Of a stretch of DNA of 21,841 nucleotides, positions 7,401-15,300 are shown one piece after another. Origin of the DNA: Candidatus Saganbacteria bacterium (GTDB lineage Bacteria; Margulisbacteria; WOR-1; JAKLHX01). Made by a program: the position numbers and the translations under genes. Under the pieces are notes generated by a model. It searched no databases. It was not told the origin of the DNA and was given only the letters and a program-made list of their open reading frames with translations. The first letter of the stretch is position 1; the number at the start of each line of letters is the position of its first letter. The stretch spans positions 1 through 21,841 of the forward strand of contig JAPLKZ010000001.1 in assembly GCA_026387835.1 (NCBI GenBank). Reading direction: 5' to 3'.

Positions 7401-8427
7401 AGAGTTTCAAGAAGCCGAGGAATATATATACAAAGCACTAGAGATTGTAAAGAGCATAAACCATAGGAGAGATATAGGAATATCATACCTTTTTATTGGT
7501 AATCTCTCACTTTATAAGTGTTTGTTTGAAAAAGCTATAGACAATTATCAAAAAGCCATTCAAATCTTTCAAGAGATTGGTTTTGTTATACTTGAGAAAT
7601 GGACATTTATCTGTTTAGGTCGCGCATATTTGGCCTTTGGAAAACATCAAGAAGCTCTAAAACAATTTCAAGGGACAATTGATTATGATCTCGGTGGTGC
7701 ATTAAGCGGGTTGGAAGAGATTTATATAGCAGAGGAATTCCAAGCCTTCTGTCGTAGCTTCAGAGAGGAGCATCCCTACGCTGGAGGCTCTCAATTCGTC
7801 CAATGGTTTCTGGAACCGTCAGAAGCCAGAGATTTCCCAAGAAGACTATTCCTTGACGATTTTGCAGAATCTCTTTCATCATGGAACTGGAATGATCCGT
7901 TTGGTGATTGCTCACACACAACAAATAATGATCTGGAAATTCATGCGGCAAATGGACGAAATCTCCAGTATCTTAATCTGAGTGCACCAAGAATTCTTCG
8001 ATTAGCAGAAGGGAACTTCGCTATCCAGACTGTTTGTATTCCTGTATCGGAAGATAAACCTACCATCGGTGGAATCCTGATCTGGAAGGATAAAGATAAT
8101 TACCTTCGCCTCGACAGAGGAACAAGGGGTAAATATGAGATCAACTTCTCAGGCTTCATTATAAACCAGTACTTAACCTTCGGTCGTGGGCGTCTGGTTT
8201 CTGATAGAATATTCTTGAGGCTTGAGCGGATTGATAACACAGTCAATGCCCTTTGCAGTCCAGATGAAAATGAATGGTTCACTGTCGGTCATGTAGAATT
8301 CCTTGTTGATGATCCTGTAGAGATTGGGCTTTTCGCCATCGGTATGATAGACCGCACCATCTATCACGGCGCATTTCCTGATGGAACAGCCATCATGTTT
8401 GAGTCATTCGAGTTGTGGGGACAATGA
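4480..8427 (+). CDS. paralog 1: double zinc ribbon - class III nucleotidyl cyclase - STAND/AAA NTPase - TPR-like repeats - ConA-like (DUF1349-like) C-terminal domain
   Basis: All paralogs begin M[QKR]C[PL]KC, so ATG 4480 is preferred over GTG 4462. Zinc ribbons (4x CxxC) 4486-4617. Cyclase about 4750-5270 (TLFADISGFT, RFIGDCVLAFFGAP, INTGMMYFGPIG, YGEDINLAKRLQ). Walker A GEAGVGKS 5407-5430. Walker B ILVFEDLHWAD 5821-5853. GNPFFVEEVIRSL begins at 6115. Helical/TPR-like region about 6520-7700. C-terminal beta-sandwich-like domain about 7850-8424 (WNWNDP, GGILIW, FLRLERIDN..ALCSPDENEW). Confidence 0.9.
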   Translation: MQCPKCKHDNREGRKFCAKCGAKMGWVCPKCGFENEADELFCGECGTKLGEFQPPIQPTIPKLEDMQSRLYIPEPLRKRMDSAMQEMEGENRLITTLFADISGFTQLSQELSPEDIVEKVNQCFQAITDAIYRCEGNINRFIGDCVLAFFGAPLTHEDDPYRAVMSGLDMISAVSNIGLNIKVGINTGMMYFGPIGTQEHSEISAYGEDINLAKRLQESAQPGQVIVGERTHRYTRKAFEFEQLPPLELKGIKKPISAYIAIKQLSKPEKIRGIEGLRAEMIGRDEELGKLKESLDDVIHGRGQMVSIIGEAGVGKSRLVTELKKLALNTDNSGPLWLEGRCLSLGVTASYWAFIDIFREYFGWGTDESDTTRAESIVSCLKDIVSQGDMTEDRYDEIGPMLGNLLSVKFGNDWDDRLKTADPQQIKHRTFMAVRDFFIALCKRQPVILVFEDLHWADSLSLDLISLLMEALTLAPLFLVCVYRPEKEHKSWHLGTIASQKCSERYTEIHLRELTHQQSQRLIESLLRIEDLPVSVKEMILSKSQGNPFFVEEVIRSLIEMGMVYRENDKWFARAGIESIAVPESIQSVILSRIDRLEDELRHILQSASVIGCLFRRNLLERVTQQESELERDLWDLEDHELIYQERIVPEEEYSFKHAFTQETVYGSILSRRRSAFHQQVAEAMELLYGDSLSEYYEQLAYHYDRSSNAEKAVEYLLKAGEKSREAYLNDDAIRYFQCALERLNTSKLSESRKDLKLSALKDLGQVCFGTGKLIEAENFFRQAISLGKEMDLAIRELVRIYYCLGDVFYYQSRYDEMLHIGEDGLALLGDDTESVESALMNDTIAQGYDSKGDNKKYQEFMLRDVQLIQRLPYSVEIVGIYSHIAEMYSNYGNLEDTMKWLQIQEQKGIQYHDLRVLAEMHLFTSFTISEKKGDFRDGISHLQYSLELFTKIGDVKQIGTSFTIMGYYFLQLGEFQEAEEYIYKALEIVKSINHRRDIGISYLFIGNLSLYKCLFEKAIDNYQKAIQIFQEIGFVILEKWTFICLGRAYLAFGKHQEALKQFQGTIDYDLGGALSGLEEIYIAEEFQAFCRSFREEHPYAGGSQFVQWFLEPSEARDFPRRLFLDDFAESLSSWNWNDPFGDCSHTTNNDLEIHAANGRNLQYLNLSAPRILRLAEGNFAIQTVCIPVSEDKPTIGGILIWKDKDNYLRLDRGTRGKYEINFSGFIINQYLTFGRGRLVSDRIFLRLERIDNTVNALCSPDENEWFTVGHVEFLVDDPVEIGLFAIGMIDRTIYHGAFPDGTAIMFESFELWGQ

Positions 8428-8446
8428 TATTGTATGAGGTTTCATT

Positions 8447-11400
8447 ATGAAATGCCCGAAATGCCAAAGCGAATATCAGGTAGGAGATAAATTCTGTAGA
8501 GAGTGTGGAACGAAGCTACCATCCATCTGCCCACAATGCAGACACGAAGTGAGTCCAAAAGATAAGTTTTGTCCCGAATGTGGAACCGACCTTGTAAAGA
8601 CCCAGAAGGTTGACCAAAAAGTAACTGCTCCAAGTCTGGAGGATTTATATACTAGGCTTCAGCGCTCCATGCCGCAATCCCTTGCCGAAAAGATTCAGAC
8701 TGCCATTGCTACAGAAGGTGAGAACAGGATATTGTCAATCCTATTCGCTGACGTCACCAATTCTGTTGCTATCACTGAAAATATGCCTCCGGAAGATTCT
8801 GCTGACCTGATCAGCGAATGTCTCAAGTCAATGACAGATCCGATACTCAGGCATGGCGGATTCATCAATCGCTATCTAGGAGACAGCGTTCTGGCATTTT
8901 TCGGCATACCTGAAACCCATGAAAATGATCCAGAAAGGGCTATATTGTCCGCACTGGAAATGCGAGATGCTGTAACAAAGCTGAATCTGAGCATAAAGAT
9001 CAGCATCAATACAGGCATGGTTTTCGTCGGCGCCATAGGTCCAGACTCTCATAGCGAGTTTACAGCTATGGGTACTGCAGTGAACCTTTCCGCTAGATTA
9101 AAGGACATAGCGGAACCGGGGCAGATCCTTGTAGGTGAAACCACGTATCGCTCAACGAGACGCTCTTTCGAGTTCCAGCCATTGCCTTTATTGACAATCA
9201 AAGGCATCAGCGAACCCATACATGCTTATGAAGTGATAAAGCCATTGCCAAAGCCAGAGAAAATTCGTGGCATCGAGGGCATAGGGTCAGAAATGATCGG
9301 CAGGGATAAGGAGTTCTCGGAACTAAAAGAATGTGTGGATGAGTTACTAGCCGGCAAGGGACAGATCGTCTCAATTATCGGGGAAGCAGGTGTTGGTAAA
9401 ACCAGATTGGTATCTGAGTTGAAAGAGTATCTCAGACAAAAAATAAAAGATAAAAAGGGATCCTCAATCTTTCATCCTTATTTAGAAGGTCGTGGCGTTT
9501 CCATTGGTGAATCTGTCGGTTACTGGGTATTCATTGACATTCTGAGAAGTTATCTGGAATTCTCTGAGCAAGACAGCCTTGATGACCGCAAAAAGAAAAT
9601 CATAGACAGGATGCAATCGCTTTTCCCGCAGAGATGGGAAGAGATTGTTCCCTACATAGGCAACCTGCTTTCGGTCAGATTTGACAATGAATGGGACGAA
9701 AAGATCAAGTATCTCCCACCGGAACAGGTTAAGTATCAGACTTTCCTTACGTTGAGGGACATATTTCTCATTCTTGCGCAGCAGAACCCGCTTCTGCTCA
9801 TTTTTGAGGATTTACATTGGGCAGATAACCTGTCATTAGATATGATAAACCTTCTGATGGATATTCTCACCATCTCACCGCTTATGATACTGTGCATATA
9901 TCGTCCGGAGAAGGAACACAAAAGCTGGCACATCGGGACACGTGCATCAGGCAAATGCCTTGAACGGTATAGGGAGATAACGCTCAGAGCATTGAACCCT
10001 CATGAGAGCAGGATGCTGATAGAGTCACTACTCACCATAGAAAACCTTCCTGAATCAGTTAAGCAGACTGTCACAAACAAGGCAGGAGGTAATCCATTCT
10101 TCGTTGAGGAAGTCATAAGGTCGTTGATAGAGAGAGGTGTAGTCTATCAGGACGGGGATAGATGGATCGCCAAGGAAGACATCAATGATGTAGAGGTGCC
10201 AGATACCATTCAGAGTGTTATCATGGCAAGGATAGACAGGTTAGAGGAGGAGGTTAAGTATGTGCTTCAGAGCGCATCGGTGATAGGCAGGCTATTCCGA
10301 TACAATCTGTTGCGATATATCACACAGCAGGAGGGAAATCTGGACGGTTACCTTTGGCAGTTAGAGGAGAGGGATCTGGTATATGAGGAGCACGCTATAC
10401 CTGAACTGGAATACAGTTTCAAGCATGTCCTTACGCAAGAGACAGCATACAACACAATATTATCGCGCAGGCGCAGAGAATTCCATCGCAAGGTGGCAGA
10501 GGGATACGAAGCATTGTATTCATCGCGCATAGAGGAGTGTTACGAGGAACTGGCATATCATTACAGCAGAAGTGATGATAAAGATAAAGCATTGGATTAT
10601 CTTGTGAAGGCAGGGGATAAATCTAAAAAGGTTTATGCCAATGAATCGGCTATTGAGTATTACAATCAGGCATTAAAGCTGGCTGAAGTTTCGGAATCAA
10701 AATCTGTTGATGTACTTGGGCATATCTACCAGAGCTTAGGGGAAATATACTTTCCGATGGCAAGGCATAAAGAGGCATTGGAATATTGTCATAAGGCATT
10801 AGAGTATATCACCAATGGGAAACTCCGATCCAGGATCTATGCAATAATGGGTTGGGCTTGTGAACGAGAAGCCAGGTATGATCAAGGATTGGAATATCTT
10901 AATGCTGGAGTTACCGAGCTTGGGGAAGACACAAATTCTGTTGAAATGGCGCGGATATGTATTCCCATGTCATGGATCAAAGGCGATCAGGGAAAGCTGG
11001 AAGAAGGCATAAAGATAGCGAAAAATGGGCTGAAAGTAGTAGAAGGAACTGATTCCATTCCCGAAATACAGGATTTACTCATCTTCCTTGCCCTTGTAGT
11101 CTGTTTGTCCGGTGATACAGATAAGGCTTTCGAGTATGCGCGAAAATCGGTGGAGGTTGCTGAGAAATCCGGGAATAGCTATTTTATCGCGAACACAACT
11201 CTCCATCTTGGATGGGTATACTGGTATGCTGGTGAGGATGATGTTTCTATTAGACTCATGGAAAAGGCATTAGAGATTTTCAAGAAGCTAGATTACCAGT
11301 TTTTCATTGGTCAAGCCTGCTCTTATATTGGGCGAGTGTATTATGGAAGGAACGATTGGGATATGGTTATTATATACTTTGAAGAGTTTCTAAAAATGCC

Positions 11401-12322
11401 CAATCATCCATGGTTTATAGTTCATTTGTATTTACTTGGTTTTGTGTATCTTTTGAAAGGAAACACAGAGAAAGCTATCGAGTATAGCAAAAAGGCTTTG
11501 GAGTGTATTGGTCTACCCAATAGCTCAAAAGTTCATAATTCTGTTTTCTTTGGTATATTGTATACTCTAGAAGAGGCTTATATTCTGGTTAAGCGATGGG
11601 ATGATTTTATCTCTTATTGGGAAGCAATCAAAAAAGAAAAAGCGGATTTCATCCAGGAGTTTGGTTCTGTTAAATGGTATCTTGAATCGAGGGAACTATC
11701 AGGACATTTTATTGAACCAAGTTTTATAGATGAATTTGCTGAACCTGGTTTAAAGCCTGAATGGAAATGGGAAGATCAGGGAGGGAAGGCTAGTTATAAC
11801 TTTTCGAGTAAAGCCGGTTGGCTGGAAATTCGCACAGCTTCTCCCCGAACCTTTTCTGGTCTGGGAAGAAAATTTATTACCTCTGGAAATACATCTATGC
11901 TGCTTCAGGAAATATCAGGGGATTTTGCCGTTGAGACAAAAATGACACTCGCTGCTGATAATTTACCATCGGTTGGGGGTTTTGTTGTCAGAAAAGACGG
12001 AGAATATCAGGTTCAACTTGAGATGAAAATGGAAGGTATACATAATATCAGTTTGGTAGGTAATATGCGAGGGATATATAATGTTTTTGGAATAGGTGTT
12101 CTGGTTTCCGACGTCGTATATCTCCGATTTGAGCGAATAGGTGATAAATTTATAGCATACTGTAGTGATGATGAGAGGAAATGGATGACTTGTGGTGAAT
12201 TTAGTTTCCCTGTTGAAGATCCAATCCAGGTTGGTCTATACACCGTTGGAGTTGCTGGAGTGTTCGGACCTACTAATACTGATTTTGTTACTCATTTCGA
12301 CTGCTTTCGAATATTCAGGTAA
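8447..12322 (+). CDS. paralog 2: double zinc ribbon - divergent cyclase - STAND/AAA NTPase - TPR-like repeats - ConA-like C-terminal domain
   Basis: SD gaggt 8436-8440; 19-nt gap from paralog 1. Zinc ribbons 8453-8584. Cyclase about 8717-9240 (ILFADVTNSV, RYLGDSVLAFFGIP, INTGMVFVGAIG, GTAVNLSARLK). Walker A GEAGVGKT 9380-9403. LLIFEDLHWAD and GNPFFVEEVIRSL are present. C-terminal domain about 11755-12319 (WKWEDQ, ISGDFAVETKM, YLRFERIGDKFIAYCSDDERKW). Confidence 0.9.
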   Translation: MKCPKCQSEYQVGDKFCRECGTKLPSICPQCRHEVSPKDKFCPECGTDLVKTQKVDQKVTAPSLEDLYTRLQRSMPQSLAEKIQTAIATEGENRILSILFADVTNSVAITENMPPEDSADLISECLKSMTDPILRHGGFINRYLGDSVLAFFGIPETHENDPERAILSALEMRDAVTKLNLSIKISINTGMVFVGAIGPDSHSEFTAMGTAVNLSARLKDIAEPGQILVGETTYRSTRRSFEFQPLPLLTIKGISEPIHAYEVIKPLPKPEKIRGIEGIGSEMIGRDKEFSELKECVDELLAGKGQIVSIIGEAGVGKTRLVSELKEYLRQKIKDKKGSSIFHPYLEGRGVSIGESVGYWVFIDILRSYLEFSEQDSLDDRKKKIIDRMQSLFPQRWEEIVPYIGNLLSVRFDNEWDEKIKYLPPEQVKYQTFLTLRDIFLILAQQNPLLLIFEDLHWADNLSLDMINLLMDILTISPLMILCIYRPEKEHKSWHIGTRASGKCLERYREITLRALNPHESRMLIESLLTIENLPESVKQTVTNKAGGNPFFVEEVIRSLIERGVVYQDGDRWIAKEDINDVEVPDTIQSVIMARIDRLEEEVKYVLQSASVIGRLFRYNLLRYITQQEGNLDGYLWQLEERDLVYEEHAIPELEYSFKHVLTQETAYNTILSRRRREFHRKVAEGYEALYSSRIEECYEELAYHYSRSDDKDKALDYLVKAGDKSKKVYANESAIEYYNQALKLAEVSESKSVDVLGHIYQSLGEIYFPMARHKEALEYCHKALEYITNGKLRSRIYAIMGWACEREARYDQGLEYLNAGVTELGEDTNSVEMARICIPMSWIKGDQGKLEEGIKIAKNGLKVVEGTDSIPEIQDLLIFLALVVCLSGDTDKAFEYARKSVEVAEKSGNSYFIANTTLHLGWVYWYAGEDDVSIRLMEKALEIFKKLDYQFFIGQACSYIGRVYYGRNDWDMVIIYFEEFLKMPNHPWFIVHLYLLGFVYLLKGNTEKAIEYSKKALECIGLPNSSKVHNSVFFGILYTLEEAYILVKRWDDFISYWEAIKKEKADFIQEFGSVKWYLESRELSGHFIEPSFIDEFAEPGLKPEWKWEDQGGKASYNFSSKAGWLEIRTASPRTFSGLGRKFITSGNTSMLLQEISGDFAVETKMTLAADNLPSVGGFVVRKDGEYQVQLEMKMEGIHNISLVGNMRGIYNVFGIGVLVSDVVYLRFERIGDKFIAYCSDDERKWMTCGEFSFPVEDPIQVGLYTVGVAGVFGPTNTDFVTHFDCFRIFR

Positions 12323-12350
12323 AAATCAAGATGGCAAGAGGTGAAAGATA

Positions 12351-15300
12351 ATGCGATGTCCGAAATGCAGACACGAAAATCGTGATGAGGCTAAGTTTTG
12401 TGAGGAATGTGGGGAGAAGCTACAGCATAAATGCCCCAACTGCGGCGCTGAACTGAGACCAAACGCCAAATTCTGTGATGAGTGTGGAACTAAAGTTTCG
12501 GAGCAATCCTCTGCAAAAACCACTGCTATTCCCAAGCTCGAAGATATGCACGCACAACTGCAAAGCCTGATACCTGACGCCTTAGCTCAGAAATATCTAT
12601 CCGCAACACAGCAGGCTATTGGTGAGAACCGTCCCATAACTGCGCTGTTCGCTGACATATCAGGATTCACCCCTCTATCAGCTTCCCAATCATCAGAATC
12701 CGTATTCCAGTTGGTGCAGGAGTGCTTCAAGCAACTGGTTAGTATTGTCGCCAGTTATGAAGGAAGTATCAGCGGATTTCGTGGTGACGGTCTGCTTGCC
12801 CTATTTGGTGCGCCTATCCTGCATGAGAACGATGCTGAGAGAGCAATTCTAGCGGCAATAGATATGAGAAAGATGATGGAAGACAGACAACTTGGTATAT
12901 CTATTGGCATCAATACTGCCATGATGACTGTCGGTGAGATACAGACCCAGCTGCATAGTGAATATACTGCTTATGGAACAGATATTAACCTTGCCAAGAG
13001 ATTACAGGAAGCCGCTATGGCTGGCCAGATACTGGTAGGATCAGGAACTCATCGTCTTACCAGACGTGCATTCGACTTTCAGGAAATACCATCGCTGGAA
13101 CTGAAAGGATTCAGCCAACCAGTTACAGCTTATGTCCTACAACATATAAAATCACATCCTGAGAAACTGCGTGGTATCGAGGGATTGCGAGCAAGGATGG
13201 TTGGCAGGGATAAAGAATATGAGGAACTCATAGACGTTACAGAGGAATGGATTGCTGGCAAGGGACAGATAATATCTATCGTGGGTGAAGCAGGGATCGG
13301 CAAGTCAAGACTGGTATCTGAGTTGAAGGGTCACCTTGAAACAGATAGCAGTCATGCTCATCTATATCTCGAAGGGCGTTGCATCTCCATTGGACAACCT
13401 ATCAGCTACTGGCCGTTCCTTGACATTCTGAGAAGCTGGTTTAGTCTGAGTGAGGAGGATACCGAAGCTGAAATGGCAAATAAAGTTAGACAGCAGATAG
13501 AATCATTCATGCCAGATAGGACTGATGACATTCTCCCATTCTTGGGACAGCTTATGAACCTTCAGTTCGGTGGAGAGATAGACACAAGATTAACACATTA
13601 CAGTCCAGAGCAAGTGAAACAAGGAATAATGATGCGCCTGCGGGACATATTCGAGGCACTGTCACAGCGTAATAATCTGATGCTGATCCTTGAGGACCTT
13701 CATTGGGCGGATGAACTGTCACTTGACCTTATATCCTTACTGATGGATGAATTGATGGCGCATCCACTGATGTTAGTGTGTGTATACCGTCCAGAACAGG
13801 GACACAATGTCTCAAGGTTGAGCAGTATAGCTCGTAGGAAGTGTCTTGAGAGATACACGGAGATCGCACTCAAACCACTGCCTGATCCCGAAGGCAGAAG
13901 GCTTGTGCATGAACTTCTAGCGATAGATGACCTTCCAGACAGCGTGCGAGATATGATCCTTGCTAAGTCAGAGGGGAACCCGTTCTTCATTGAGGAAGTG
14001 ATCCGCTCATTAATGGAACAAGGGTTGGTATACAAGGATGATGACAGTTGGGTGGCAAAGGCTGACGTGATTGAGGTTCAAGTTCCGGATACGATACAGA
14101 GCGTTATACTAGAGCGAGTAGATAGGCTGGAATCAGAAGCCAAATATGTATTACAGTGTGCCAGTGTTATAGGCAGGCTGTTTAAGTATCGGTTATTAGA
14201 TCACATAACCCAGAAGCAGAAGGAATTGGATGGATACCTTGATGAATTCGAGGAGCGTTATCTTGTGTATCCAGAGCGAACAGTTCCAGAGATGGAGTAT
14301 GCCTTCAAGCACGTACTGACACAGGAAGCTACATATCAGGGGATACTGGAACAGAGAAAGCAGGCATTCCATCGTAATGTGGCGCTGGGTATCGAAAGGC
14401 TATATAAAGAACGTATAGAGGATTTTTACGAGGAATTAGTTTATCATTGGGAACGAAGCAAGGACAGAGAGAAAACACTTGAGTATCTTGTGAAGGCTGG
14501 AAAGAAATCGGCAAAGCATTATTTGAATCAGGTCGCTATTGATTATTATACCCTTGCAATTAAAATGGCTAATGAAGTTGGCATATTGGAGGATAGGTTG
14601 GCTGAGATATACGAAGCTAGAGGATGGGTTTATAATGATATGGGTTTTTACGAAGAATCTATATCTGATATGATGAAAGCAGCGGATTTTTATGCCAATA
14701 AATCAAAGCGTGCTAATATGTATAGGCAGATTGCTCGTAATTATTGGGCACGTATTACTGATATAGAACAAGGTTCCCAATATTTCTACAAAGCAATAGA
14801 GGAGATCGATCCTTCGGATAAATCCCGAGAGACTGCTGGCATTTATGAAGATGCGGGAGCATTCTTCATCTACATGGGTGGAGATACAAAAGAAGGGGAG
14901 CGCCTTTTGCGGAAAGCCATCGCTATATCAGAAGAGATGGGATATAATGATCTATTGGCTATGCATTACAGGTGGTTATATATACTCAATTGGAGTTCTG
15001 ACGAGGAGGAATTCAGGAAACAACGACAGTTTGCACGAGAAAAAGCAATTTCCTATCTACCTTACCTCAAACCTAATCTGTCCCAATATGCGGAAGTATG
15101 TGGTCAATTGGGGTGGGGTTTTCATTTCGATGATCGCTTTCTGATAGAAGCTTTTGAATCTGCTGTAAAGTCCGAGAATAACTGGTCGGTTGTGGCGTTT
15201 GGGTCAATGTTGGCAATCATATATTGTGGTCAGGGAAAGATTCAGAAAGCTATTGAAGTATACGAACAGGGATGGCGATCCGCCGTATTATCAAGACAGC

